From the sequence record SRR31156797_1849: a stretch of 50,622 nt of DNA. One strand, written 5' to 3'. The notes beneath the pieces are model-generated. The model saw only the letters and a program-made list of their open reading frames with translations. It did no database searches and was not told the DNA's origin. How positions within the stretch are numbered: the first letter of the stretch is position 1; each line of letters opens with the position of its first letter. This document shows, in pieces, positions 36,306 through 46,284 of the stretch. The position numbers were made by a program, and so were the translations under genes.

Positions 36306-38003
36306 TTATCCGTTAACCAGACTGATGTTACGGTTTTCTATCCTGTAAACCTTGTCGCACCTTTCGATGGTTGAGAGGCGGTGTGCAATAATAATCAGCG
36401 TCTTATCTTTTCCGATTTCGAAAAGCTGATCCATTATTTGCTGCTCAGTTTCTTTGTCCAGCGCGGCGGTAGCTTCATCAAGAATGTATATTTCCGGGTC
36501 TCCGTACAAGGCCCGGGCAATTCCGATACGTTGCTTTTGACCGCCGGAAAGCTGGGTGCCGTTTTCACCTACAATGGTTTTCAGGCCATCTTTTTTTTGC
36601 AGGTGATCCATTATTCTGGACTGTTTCAGAGATTTTGAAATTTTCTCTTCATCATACGGCCTTCCAAAGGCGACATTTTCAGCAACTGTTGAATCAAAAA
36701 GATATATGGATTGCGGGATGTATCCTATTTTGCTGCGCCAGGAAAGCAGATTCCCTTCGGAAAGGGCGGTGCTGTCCACAGTTATTTGTCCGGAATATGA
36801 GGTGTACATTCCGATTATGATATCAGCTAGCGTGCTTTTTCCCGATCCGCTTTCACCTATGAAAGCTATTTTTTCCCCTTTTTTGATTTCAAAGGATATG
36901 TTTTCAAGGACGTTAACATCTTTGTATTTGAAAGAAAGGTTTTCAATGTTGATGCTCTTCTCAAATGAAACGGGACCATTTCCAAGTTTCTGAATATCCA
37001 AGTTAAAATCTTCATATATGAGGTCTAATGTTTTGGATAGATAAAGCATGTTGTTGTAGCAGCTGAGTATTCTGTTTACCGATGGAAGAAGCCGATACAT
37101 GGCCAGTGCGAAGAGGGTCACCACGGGAATGATGCTGTTCACGCTCATCCCTTGAGAAATAACAAAAATTAGTGCCCCGATGAGCATGGAAAAGCCGATG
37201 CTTTCCAGCGAAAGACGGGGTATGGAGTTATAGGTATTGTTTAATACGTTGGCTCGGTTGTATCCCCGGCCCGATTTTTCCAGATTTTCAATGGCAGGCC
37301 CTTCACTTGAAAGGAGCTTGATGAATTTGAGATTGCCTAAAGTTTCGCTAATGGTTCGGTAGTATTTTTCTTGAAAGGAGTTGCGTTTAACCCCCTCTTT
37401 TTTGATCATTACTGAAACTGTTTTCAACAGCAGAAGAACCATCACTCCCATGAATAAGGTCAGCGCCAAGGTCACCTTATAGTTTACGAACAGGAGTGCG
37501 CAGTACAGGAATCCGGAAACAAATAGTTCGGAGATAAGCAGTAGCATGGAGTAAAAGAATTTTCCTGCAAATTCAGTCTCCGTGATGAGTTTTTTGGAAA
37601 GATCTGAGCTATTGCGGGTAGTCATGTCCTGATATTTGATGTTCACATAATTAGAGAACAGCCTGGTGGACAGTGACAGGAACATTCCTTGTGAAAAACT
37701 GTGGACCAAATAAAGATAGCAGAGGTTGATGAATCCTCTTGAAACGTAAAATGCGAGTAAGGCGTATCCAAAAACAACTACAAATGACTGTGGAGAGCTG
37801 AAATTTAGTAAATTGTAGACATAGTTGTAGTATTGGTTGGTGGTTACAAGGGAAAAGTCGCTGGCCACGGATATGAAGGGTAGAATTGCGGATATCCCAA
37901 CAGTTTCAATGCATGAAATGACAATCGACAGGGCAATTAATGCCATGATTGTCCTTTTCTGCTCTTTTGTGGTCAGTGCCTTAATTTTGTGAAGCATGCT
38001 CAT
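36306..38003 (-). CDS. pglK: ABC transporter (fused TMD-NBD), PglK-like lipid-linked oligosaccharide flippase
   Basis: ILPFISVASDFS external-helix region as in PglK, YRLLPSVNRI, GESGSGKST, GYIPQSIYLFD, LSGGQKQR, LDEAT, IIAHRLST. Confidence 0.8.
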   Translation of the reverse strand: MSMLHKIKALTTKEQKRTIMALIALSIVISCIETVGISAILPFISVASDFSLVTTNQYYNYVYNLLNFSSPQSFVVVFGYALLAFYVSRGFINLCYLYLVHSFSQGMFLSLSTRLFSNYVNIKYQDMTTRNSSDLSKKLITETEFAGKFFYSMLLLISELFVSGFLYCALLFVNYKVTLALTLFMGVMVLLLLKTVSVMIKKEGVKRNSFQEKYYRTISETLGNLKFIKLLSSEGPAIENLEKSGRGYNRANVLNNTYNSIPRLSLESIGFSMLIGALIFVISQGMSVNSIIPVVTLFALAMYRLLPSVNRILSCYNNMLYLSKTLDLIYEDFNLDIQKLGNGPVSFEKSINIENLSFKYKDVNVLENISFEIKKGEKIAFIGESGSGKSTLADIIIGMYTSYSGQITVDSTALSEGNLLSWRSKIGYIPQSIYLFDSTVAENVAFGRPYDEEKISKSLKQSRIMDHLQKKDGLKTIVGENGTQLSGGQKQRIGIARALYGDPEIYILDEATAALDKETEQQIMDQLFEIGKDKTLIIIAHRLSTIERCDKVYRIENRNISLVNG

Positions 38004-38029
38004 TTATAATCCTTCTACAAATCTCGGCT

Positions 38030-38989
38030 TTATTCTTCGATATCATATTCATCAACGTACCAGTCCACAGTCTTTTTCAGACCTTCTTCGAGAGGAACTT
38101 CCGGTTCATAGCCGAGAACTTTCCATGATTTGGAAATGTCGGAGAGGCGGTCTTTTACCGCATCCCAGTTGCGTCTTTCCTTAAAGATGATTTCAGAGGA
38201 TGATCCGGTAAACTCAATGATCATTTTGGCAAGGTCGATGATCTGGGTCGGTTTGCCGGTTCCGCCGTTAAAAATATCACCGTCTTTGACTTCAGAAAGT
38301 GCAGCGAGGGTCAAGAGCTGGGCAGTATTGCCCACGAAGGTGAAATCGCGGGTCTCGGTACCGTCGCCGGTGATGAAGAGAGGGTCGCCCTTGATGGCAC
38401 GTACAATAAAATTGGGGATAACGTTACGGTAGGCCCCGTGGGGTTCATAGGGACCGTAGGTATTAAATACCCTGATGGATACAGCTGGGATCTGGAACAT
38501 GGAAGCGTAATATTTTACGTACAGTTCAGCTGTGTACTTATTTATAGCATAGGGTGTTTCGTGCGGATAAATATAGTCTTTTTCATTCATCATGGCGGCG
38601 TTGCCGTACACGCATGAAGAAGAGGTGTAGACGAATTTTTTCAGCCCTTTATTTTCTTTGCATATTTCCAGCAGGTTCATGGTGCCGATGATGTTGGCCT
38701 GTACATCCTTGAAAGGATGGTCCACGGAGTTCTGGTTTGCAAAGTGCGCAGCCAGATGAAAAACATAGTCAGGCTTGAACTCGTCCATTTCGCTACGATA
38801 GGTTTCGATCTGTCCGATGTCGGCTTTGATAAAAGTTATTCTTTTATCTTCCGGGAGATAATTTTTATATCCAGAGGAAAGGTCATCAAGAACCATCACC
38901 GATCCGGCTCCGGCCTTAAGCAGTCTTTCGATCAAATTAAGCCCGATGGCACCTGCGCCGCCGGTTACAAGCACTTTGGTATTATTCAT
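38030..38989 (-). CDS. NAD-dependent nucleotide-sugar epimerase/dehydratase
   Basis: TGGAGAIG, FHLAA, YAINK (YxxxK), GDGTETRDF. Confidence 0.9.
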   Translation of the reverse strand: MNNTKVLVTGGAGAIGLNLIERLLKAGAGSVMVLDDLSSGYKNYLPEDKRITFIKADIGQIETYRSEMDEFKPDYVFHLAAHFANQNSVDHPFKDVQANIIGTMNLLEICKENKGLKKFVYTSSSCVYGNAAMMNEKDYIYPHETPYAINKYTAELYVKYYASMFQIPAVSIRVFNTYGPYEPHGAYRNVIPNFIVRAIKGDPLFITGDGTETRDFTFVGNTAQLLTLAALSEVKDGDIFNGGTGKPTQIIDLAKMIIEFTGSSSEIIFKERRNWDAVKDRLSDISKSWKVLGYEPEVPLEEGLKKTVDWYVDEYDIEE

Positions 38990-40160
38990 TGAAAAGAGCC
39001 TCGCGAATTTTTTCGTAGCTATTGTTCATGTTGTAGAAATCCTTCCCATCTTCCCGCAGTTCGGCAAGTTTTGTTGAGTCCAGCCGGCGTACAAGGGCAG
39101 CAATGGAAGGGATATCGGCACTGTCCGCAACCAGAAGTTCTTTCTGGATGTCGCGGACAATCTGGGTGGTGGTGGATGAAAGCGGACTTAGGGCCACCAC
39201 AGGTTTGCCCGCTCCGATGTAGTCGGCGAGCTTGGAAGGAAAAAACGGGGAGTCCTTGAGCGGGGCATCAATGACCAGCAGAATGTCCGCTTCGGAAAGG
39301 ACTTCAATTGAGTTGAGATAAGGCACTGGATCAAAGAATTTGATCAGTTCAGCACATTTCTGCTCTGCCAATTGCCGTTCGTCTTCCTTCATGCGTCCAT
39401 AGAAATGAAATTCAAGATTTTTCGGTTGGACTTTGTGGACCGCTTCAATGAGCGGACCAGCTGAGCGCAATCCGTATATGTTTCCGGTATGGGCGATTAT
39501 CTTTTTCTGCGGTTCGTTTTGCCTGCGTGTGTATAAATCAGGGTCATAAACATGGGGCAGGACTTTAATTTTATCCTGATTAGCATTTAACCCTTTGACG
39601 AAAAGATCTTTGGTCTTTTCTGAAGTGACGGTTATCGTGTCAGCTCGCGAAATTACAGATTTTTCGTACAGCTTGTTGATCTTACGCTGGAACCCTGTGC
39701 GGTATGAGAGATATGGGTTCAGAGTCCATGGATCGGAAAAATGTGCGGTCCAATGCAAATTGCGGTCAGTTTCCTTTACAGCCAGTCCGGCCAGATGATT
39801 CACCAGCGGGGTTGAGTGGGTGTAAAGGGCGTCGATCTGAAACTCTTTGATCAGCTTGATCGCGGCATTGGCTGCGGGAAACTTCCACCAGAATTTGCGG
39901 TCAGTGATTTCAATACCGCCACATAGGTAGTGTAACCATTTTTCGCCGGGAATCCTGTTCACACGGTGAATAGTCAAGTTCTCATGATCCCGGAGCAGTT
40001 TCTGGTCCAGAAATTCGAAATCAGGGTTTTCGCAGCAAGTCAGTACATGAACCCGGTGTCCGTTACGGGCAAGGGTCAGTGCGCGGCGCTGTACCTGGAT
40101 TGATTCCGGAGAAAGGATCGGCGGAAAATCGTATGTTATGAACAGGATTGATTTTTTCAT
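38982..40160 (-). CDS. Glycosyltransferase (GT4-like)
   Basis: ITYDFPP, HFSDPW, HTGNIYG.R, PSKLADY. Confidence 0.8.
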   Translation of the reverse strand: MKKSILFITYDFPPILSPESIQVQRRALTLARNGHRVHVLTCCENPDFEFLDQKLLRDHENLTIHRVNRIPGEKWLHYLCGGIEITDRKFWWKFPAANAAIKLIKEFQIDALYTHSTPLVNHLAGLAVKETDRNLHWTAHFSDPWTLNPYLSYRTGFQRKINKLYEKSVISRADTITVTSEKTKDLFVKGLNANQDKIKVLPHVYDPDLYTRRQNEPQKKIIAHTGNIYGLRSAGPLIEAVHKVQPKNLEFHFYGRMKEDERQLAEQKCAELIKFFDPVPYLNSIEVLSEADILLVIDAPLKDSPFFPSKLADYIGAGKPVVALSPLSSTTTQIVRDIQKELLVADSADIPSIAALVRRLDSTKLAELREDGKDFYNMNNSYEKIREALFNE

Positions 40161-41302
40161 TTTCCAGTCAGTTCCCTGTGAATATCCGCAAAGATTTTTT
40201 CCGCGTTTGCGGGTTCCCAATGCGCATTTGCATAGCGCACAGCATTAATGCCGAATTCCTTGCGTCTCGCCTCGTTCAAAAAGAATTCAATCCCTGAACG
40301 GTATCCGGCTGGGGAATCTTCCACCATCTTTGCAATATTATTTTCAAATTCAGGGACAGGGCTTCCCCTACGCGAATTAAACAGAATGGGCAATGCGCAC
40401 AGGGCTGCCTCTAATACAGTTTTTGGGAATTCACTGTATTGGGAGTGTCCGGCAAAAAGGTCATATTCGTGCATTGTCCGGCAGAGTTCATCGTTAGGGA
40501 TGGCCGGGATGAAACGGACCTGATTTTCCAGTTTCAGATTATTGGCCAGTTCAACAAGCTCCTGTTCCTTTGATCCACTGCCCACAACAGTTAATTCCGC
40601 TTTAATTCCTTGCAGCGCGCGGATGATATTTTCTGGGTTTTTGGCCGGAATAACCCTGCCTACGTAAAGAATTTTCAGTGTTTCAGAACAGTTGTAATTC
40701 TTTTTAGGGACTATTTTGTCCGGATTTATCACGTTGTAGGCAACAAAAGGATTCTTCGCTCCGTTGTTTTTGGCGTAGTCCAGAATGGAACCGTAAACGC
40801 AGCTGACTTTGTCTGCCTTTTTCAGGGTGTATTTTTCAACTCCCTTTGAAAGTGCGTAAAAGACCTTTGTTTTGAAATCCACTTCCGGGTTGGCCCGGGT
40901 CTGGTCGGGCTGGGTGTGCAGGGAGACGAAAAAAGGAACTTTTAATTCTTCTTTTACCCTTGCGCCTACGTATCCGTTGATAAAGTTTCCATAGCAGCGG
41001 ATCAGGTCCGGCTTTATTTCTTTAGCAAGAGCAACAGCCTGATCTGCCCAACTCCGCAACAGGAAAGGACGCCAGAAAGTTTTTGCCAGCAACTCCATGC
41101 CCGAGGGCAAATTATGCAGAGTAAGTTTCGCATCGCCCACGGTCCGCTGAAGGGCGGCTTTATCCGGTGTGTCATCATTAGTCATCAGGATATGGACGTC
41201 ACTGAAGACCCCGCCTGGATTGTAGTAGCGGTCAATCAGTTCGCCTTTCTCAATAATATGAGAAAGGCGATCTGAAATGATGACTAATAGTGTCTTGGGC
41301 AT
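40157..41302 (-). CDS. Glycosyltransferase family 4
   Basis: YVGRVIPAKN, VGSG, EFPKTVLE (ExxxxxxE-like). Confidence 0.82.
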   Translation of the reverse strand: MPKTLLVIISDRLSHIIEKGELIDRYYNPGGVFSDVHILMTNDDTPDKAALQRTVGDAKLTLHNLPSGMELLAKTFWRPFLLRSWADQAVALAKEIKPDLIRCYGNFINGYVGARVKEELKVPFFVSLHTQPDQTRANPEVDFKTKVFYALSKGVEKYTLKKADKVSCVYGSILDYAKNNGAKNPFVAYNVINPDKIVPKKNYNCSETLKILYVGRVIPAKNPENIIRALQGIKAELTVVGSGSKEQELVELANNLKLENQVRFIPAIPNDELCRTMHEYDLFAGHSQYSEFPKTVLEAALCALPILFNSRRGSPVPEFENNIAKMVEDSPAGYRSGIEFFLNEARRKEFGINAVRYANAHWEPANAEKIFADIHRELTGK

Positions 41303-41305
41303 CTG

Positions 41306-42463
41306 CTAGGCATTCCTGATGATATCAGCAATAAATTCCTGCTGCTCTCGTTCAAGGTACGGATGCATGGGAATAGCGAAAATACGGCTTGCGGCATCTT
41401 CGCTTATCGGGCAGTCGCCCATTTTGTAGCCGAGGTCTTTGAATGCAGTCTGCAGGTGCAGCGGAATGGGATAATAAATGGGTGAGGGAATGTTCTTTTC
41501 ACCAAGAGCTTTCTGGATACGTTCGCGGTGTTCGCCGTCTTTGGCGAGCGGGCAGTACTGAGCCCACACGGAACGGTATCCTTCAGGTACGGAGGGAGCA
41601 GTAAGTCCTTCCACATCCGCGAGAAGTTCTGCGTAAGTGTCAGCAACCTTGTCGCGCAAATCTACTTCTTCAGGGAAAATATCGAATTTTGCCTGAAGGA
41701 TTGCGGCCTGCAGAGAATCCAGGCGGCCGGTGATACCGAGGCGCACATTGTCATAACGATCCGGACCCATGCCGTGGATGCGGTGGGAGCGGAGGCGTTC
41801 AATCAGTGCGTCATCATCAGTGAAACACATGCCGCCATCTCCGTAGCAGCCAAGGGGCTTTGCGGGGAAAAAGGATGTGCAGGTAATGTCTCCCAGTGAG
41901 CAGGCTCTTTTGCCTTTGTATTCACCGCCGAAGCTCTGTGCTGCATCTTCAATGAGAAAAAGGTCATGTTTGTCTGCTACAGCTTTGATTGCTTCGTAGT
42001 CGGCAGGCAGGCCGAAAATATCAACAGAAATAATGCCCTTGGGGGTTAATCCGTCCACTTTGGGTAGGGTGCAGCCATTGTCGGCACCTTTCAGGGCTTC
42101 AATGGTTTTGTCCAGTTTTTCCGGGTCAATGTTGAAAGTGACCGGGTCGATGTCGACGAAAACCGGGGTAGCACCAGCAAGGGCGATTGTTTCAGCTGTG
42201 GCGAAGAAGGTGAAGGGGGTGGTGAAAACAGCGTCGCCGGGTTTTACGTCCAGAGCCATAAGAGCGAGAGTCAGGGCGTCGGTTCCGGATGCGCAGCCCA
42301 GAGCATGCTTGGTGCCGCAGTATTCGGCAAGCCTTTCTTCAAGAGCTGGAATTTCAGGTCCCATGATGTAGGCACCGTGCTCCAGAACAGTGTCCATATT
42401 TTCGCGAACCTGTTTTTCAACACGACCAAACTGTTTTTTTAAGTCAATAAAAGGGATATTCAT
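41306..42463 (-). CDS. DegT/DnrJ/EryC1/StrS aminotransferase (WbpE-like)
   Basis: IPFIDLK, SGTDAL, IEDAAQSFG, SFFPAKPLGCYGDGG, RLDSLQAA. Confidence 0.9.
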   Translation of the reverse strand: MNIPFIDLKKQFGRVEKQVRENMDTVLEHGAYIMGPEIPALEERLAEYCGTKHALGCASGTDALTLALMALDVKPGDAVFTTPFTFFATAETIALAGATPVFVDIDPVTFNIDPEKLDKTIEALKGADNGCTLPKVDGLTPKGIISVDIFGLPADYEAIKAVADKHDLFLIEDAAQSFGGEYKGKRACSLGDITCTSFFPAKPLGCYGDGGMCFTDDDALIERLRSHRIHGMGPDRYDNVRLGITGRLDSLQAAILQAKFDIFPEEVDLRDKVADTYAELLADVEGLTAPSVPEGYRSVWAQYCPLAKDGEHRERIQKALGEKNIPSPIYYPIPLHLQTAFKDLGYKMGDCPISEDAASRIFAIPMHPYLEREQQEFIADIIRNA

Positions 42464-42500
42464 GGATTATATTCTCCATTAAAAGCAGAGTTATACGTTG

Positions 42501-43028
42501 TTAGACGACCTTCCAATTGGGGCGCCTTAAATAAATGTCACTGGTCTTATCAAATTCCTCGGTATTGAGGATCATGAGTCTGATTTTTCGTTTGATGGCT
42601 TCTTCGGCTTTTGTGCAAAGATCGCCAATACGATCAGGGTTGGTGGCGTCCCCGATAATGAGGACATCAATGATGCCTGAGTCAATGCCCTTGGCGTAAT
42701 CATCAAGAATATAAACAGAGTCCACATCACCAATGGTAGATAGGATGTACTCAAGAATCTGGTCGATTCCGATGTATTTACGGACAATTGAGCTGATTTC
42801 AGGGAAAAAGGGATGGGAAGAGTTGGCGTTGTAAAATATGTAACGCCCTTCTTTCTTTTTGTTCAGGTATCCTGCTTCACTCAAGCCATCGAGTTCTTCT
42901 TTCATGGCATTGGGGGAAACATCAAATTCGGCTGCTAATTCCCTAAGATATGATGAAACATCAGGGTTGAGGAAAAGCTTTAGCAGCAGCTTGATTCTGG
43001 TCTTTGAGGTGAATAATTCTTTGAGCAT
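42501..43028 (-). CDS. Winged-helix transcriptional regulator fused to a degenerate nucleotidyltransferase-like domain
   Basis: LFTSKTRIKLL, YLRELAAEFDVSPNAMKEEL (HTH); C-terminal DDYAKGIDSGIIDVLIIG resembles the MNT GSxAxG..DxD motif. Confidence 0.7.
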   Translation of the reverse strand: MLKELFTSKTRIKLLLKLFLNPDVSSYLRELAAEFDVSPNAMKEELDGLSEAGYLNKKKEGRYIFYNANSSHPFFPEISSIVRKYIGIDQILEYILSTIGDVDSVYILDDYAKGIDSGIIDVLIIGDATNPDRIGDLCTKAEEAIKRKIRLMILNTEEFDKTSDIYLRRPNWKVV

Positions 43029-43034
43029 GATGTG

Positions 43035-43066
43035 AGTTTGTTAGGTTATTCTGAACAAACTGTCAA
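43035..43066 (-). promoter_or_regulatory. Putative promoter/operator of the HTH gene
   Basis: TTGACA (43066-43061), 17 nt, TAACAA, 9 nt, ATG. Inverted repeat AGTTTGTT-N11-AACAAACT (43035-43061). Confidence 0.45.
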
Positions 43067-43133
43067 TCAGGAAGGTGGGTCACATTGTATAATCAAGTCG
43101 CGATATGGTTGGAAACCGTTTGATGAGAAGGGG

Positions 43134-45005
43134 TTACCCTTCCTCATCAAATTCAGGAACAACCGTGTGCAGCATGGCTCTGACATCACCCGCACTAAAT
43201 TTGTCCGCAGCTACTTTCATATCACAAAGTTGGTCTTTAAATTTGGTGCAGTATGCTTCAAGGTCGTTTTCAACACCTTTAAGGACCATGATTTTGTCGT
43301 GCTCGGTGCGGACAATACCCTCACCTTCGGTAATCAATTCTTCGTAGAGCTTTTCACCTTCGCGTAGTCCGGTAAAGATGATCTCAATATCTTTGTCCGG
43401 TTCCTTGCCGGAGAGTCTGATCAGGTCGCGGGCCATGTCGGCAATTTTGACAGGTTCACCCATTTCGAGAATGAAAATTTCTCCGCCGTCAGCCATTACG
43501 CCGGCCTGCAGGATGAGCTGGGCTGCTTCGGATATAGACATGAAGTAGCGGGTCACGTCTTTATGAGTAACGGTGACCGGGCCGCCTTTTTCTATTTGAC
43601 GGCGGAACAGTGGAACAACTGAGCCGGAAGAGCCTACTACGTTGCCGAAGCGAACTGCCATGAAAGTTGTTTCGGAATTGTGGAACAGTCGCATGAGCAG
43701 TTCTGTTACCCGTTTGGATGCCCCCATTATGTTGGTCGGGCGTACGGCTTTGTCGGTGGAGACGATGACAAAACGGGCCACTCTGTGCTTGTCTGCAGCG
43801 GTCATGACATTCTTAGTGCCGCAGATGTTATTGTGCACAGCCTGCCACGGGTTGCGTTCCATCATGGGGACATGTTTGTAGGCTGCGGCGTGAAATACGG
43901 TGTGCGGTTTGTATTTGCCGAATGTTTCGTCCATGAGTTGTTCATCTTGAACAGAGCCCAGCACGGTTATATAGTCGTGAAATTTCAGTTCGTGGTGCAA
44001 TTCCATCTGAATTGAGTAAAGATTAGCTTCACTGGCATCCACAAGGATGAGTTTTGCCGGGTTAAAGCGAACCACCTGACGGACCAGTTCGGAGCCGATT
44101 GAACCTCCGCATCCGGTAACCAGTACGGTTTTCCCGGAAAGGTAGTCGCTGATGGCCGTTGTATCCAGTTGGACCGGGGCACGCCCCAGCAAATCTTGAT
44201 AGCTAACATCTCGTAATGCTTTGATACCGACCTTGCCGTTGATGATTTCATCCATTCCGGGCAGGATTTTGTAAGGCAGTCCGGTTTCTTTACAGGCGTC
44301 GATAATCTCGCGCATCTGTTCGCCGGAAGCTTCGGCCACGGCAATGAGAATCTCGTTGACGCACTTGTTCTGCACCAGCTCCTGCAGATCTGAGAGAGGT
44401 CCGAGTACGGGAACTCCGTGGATGGTCCGACCACGCTTGGATTTATCGTTATCCAGAAAGCCTACAGGTAAATATTTAAGCTGTCCGCTGCTCCTGATTT
44501 CTCGGACAACTTTTTCTCCGGCCCGGCCGGCTCCGATAATCAACGCATTGTTACCCTCTACAGGACATGATTCAGGAGAAAATTGGATGGAATTGCCGTC
44601 TTTGATGGCGTAAAAAGAGCGGATCATGATCCGAATGCCGCCGCACATGAATACAGTCAGCATCCAGTCGATGATGAATACTCCGCGGGAAAAACCGCCG
44701 AAGCCGAATTTATAAAGAACTACAGTAACCAGAATCAAAGACTGCAGGAAGGTGGCTTCAAGTATATGCCAGAGGTCACGCAGGCTGGTATAGCGCCACA
44801 TACCGCGATAAAGGCCCAGCCCAAGGAAAACTGAAAATTTGATGACCACTGTATATTTGAGCAGCTCGAGGCATTGGACGGACGCAAATTCGGGTAGGCT
44901 GAAATCAAAACGGAACAGATATGCTCCGTAAAAAGCCCCGGCGAAGATGAGAAGGTCCAGTAGGACCATTAGGTAGAAATTTGCGTTACGCAGGTTGTTG
45001 ATCAT
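43134..45005 (-). CDS. pglF: Membrane-bound UDP-GlcNAc 4,6-dehydratase (PglF/CapD/WbpM)
   Basis: N-terminal TMs, IIGAGRAG, TGCGGSIGSEL, HAAAYKHVP, STDKAVRPTNIMGASKR, VRFGNV.GSSGSV, GEKLYEEL. Confidence 0.9.
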   Translation of the reverse strand: MINNLRNANFYLMVLLDLLIFAGAFYGAYLFRFDFSLPEFASVQCLELLKYTVVIKFSVFLGLGLYRGMWRYTSLRDLWHILEATFLQSLILVTVVLYKFGFGGFSRGVFIIDWMLTVFMCGGIRIMIRSFYAIKDGNSIQFSPESCPVEGNNALIIGAGRAGEKVVREIRSSGQLKYLPVGFLDNDKSKRGRTIHGVPVLGPLSDLQELVQNKCVNEILIAVAEASGEQMREIIDACKETGLPYKILPGMDEIINGKVGIKALRDVSYQDLLGRAPVQLDTTAISDYLSGKTVLVTGCGGSIGSELVRQVVRFNPAKLILVDASEANLYSIQMELHHELKFHDYITVLGSVQDEQLMDETFGKYKPHTVFHAAAYKHVPMMERNPWQAVHNNICGTKNVMTAADKHRVARFVIVSTDKAVRPTNIMGASKRVTELLMRLFHNSETTFMAVRFGNVVGSSGSVVPLFRRQIEKGGPVTVTHKDVTRYFMSISEAAQLILQAGVMADGGEIFILEMGEPVKIADMARDLIRLSGKEPDKDIEIIFTGLREGEKLYEELITEGEGIVRTEHDKIMVLKGVENDLEAYCTKFKDQLCDMKVAADKFSAGDVRAMLHTVVPEFDEEG

Positions 45006-45008
45006 ACT

Positions 45009-46148
45009 TTACTTTCCGCATCTTTTAATCAGGTCTACAATTCTTTCCATCTCTTCAGCTGTCATTGCTGTGCCGGAGGGCAAGCAGAGTCCGCGTGAAA
45101 ATAGATCTTCGCTGACCTTGCCTCCGAAGACGGTATTGTTTTTGAAAACAGGCTGGTTGTGCATGGGCTTCCAGACCGGACGCGATTCAATGTTTTCTTC
45201 TTCAAGGGCAATGCGGATTTCATCCGGATCGGCACCGAATTCTTCTTTATTCACCAGCATGACTGAGAGCCAACGATTGCATTGGCCGTAATCCGCTTCG
45301 GGCATGAATGATATACCGGGACAGGAGCCTAGTTCCTGTTTGTAATAATCGAAAATTTCTCTTTTACGCTTAACCCGGTCAGGAATTACTTCTACCTGCC
45401 CGCGACCAACCGCGGCTACGAGGTTGGACATGCGGTAGTTGTAGCCGATTTCCTTGTGCTCGTAGTATGGCTCAGGCTCTTTGGCTTGCTGGGAAAGCCA
45501 GCGTGCTCGGGAGATCATTTCTTCGTTATCAGAAGCCAGAAGTCCTCCGCCGGAGCTGGTGATGATCTTGTTGCCGTTAAAGGAATACGAAGCCATGAGT
45601 GCGCCCTTGCCAGCATGTCTCCCTTTGTAGGTAGCGCCTACGGATTCGGCTGCGTCAACAATCAAAGGAATCCCGTGTGGTTCGAGAATTTCGAGGATGC
45701 GGTCATAATCAGCGCACTGACCATATAGGTCAGTAGGGATGACAGCCTTGGGTTTGCGTCCAGTGGAAATATAGTAATTCACTGCTTCAGCGAGCAGTTC
45801 CGGATCCATATTCCATGATTGGTAGTCGCTGTCGATGAAAACAGGCTCTGCACCCAGAAAAGTCACCGGGCTGACGCTGCCGATAAAGGTCAGGGAGGAG
45901 GCGATAACCACATCTCCCGGTTCGACACCTATTATACGCAGGGCAAGGTGCAGGGCTGCGGTTCCACTGGAAAGAGCCGCGCAGTGTGCAAATCCGGTAA
46001 GCTCTGAGAAATCCTGCTCAAATCCGTTAACCATGGGGCCAAGCGGAGCAATGAAATTGCTTTCAAATGCCTGACGGACATATTCCTGTTCATTGCCTCC
46101 CATATGCGGAGGAGAAAGATATATACGTTTGTTCTTATTTGCGGACAC
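45009..46148 (-). CDS. pglE: UDP-4-keto-6-deoxy-GlcNAc 4-aminotransferase (PglE-like)
   Basis: IYLSPPHMGG.E, SSGTAALHLAL, DAAES.G, SFNGNKIITSSGGG, GYNYRMSN, RPVWKPMH, GLCLPSG. Confidence 0.88.
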   Translation of the reverse strand: MSANKNKRIYLSPPHMGGNEQEYVRQAFESNFIAPLGPMVNGFEQDFSELTGFAHCAALSSGTAALHLALRIIGVEPGDVVIASSLTFIGSVSPVTFLGAEPVFIDSDYQSWNMDPELLAEAVNYYISTGRKPKAVIPTDLYGQCADYDRILEILEPHGIPLIVDAAESVGATYKGRHAGKGALMASYSFNGNKIITSSGGGLLASDNEEMISRARWLSQQAKEPEPYYEHKEIGYNYRMSNLVAAVGRGQVEVIPDRVKRKREIFDYYKQELGSCPGISFMPEADYGQCNRWLSVMLVNKEEFGADPDEIRIALEEENIESRPVWKPMHNQPVFKNNTVFGGKVSEDLFSRGLCLPSGTAMTAEEMERIVDLIKRCGK

Positions 46149-46284
46149 TTGCAGGATTTCCTTTAAGGCTGAAAATTATCTGTAACAACGGGTCTGATAT
46201 TATATTTTGAACTTTTAGTACAGTTCTGAACTATTTCCTACAAAAGCAGCTGTAATGATTGCTTTTATATTGATGCGGGTAAAG

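Noticed and set aside
42501-43028. MNT-HEPN toxin-antitoxin module
   Set aside because: No adjacent HEPN or toxin ORF, and the nucleotidyltransferase motif is degenerate.
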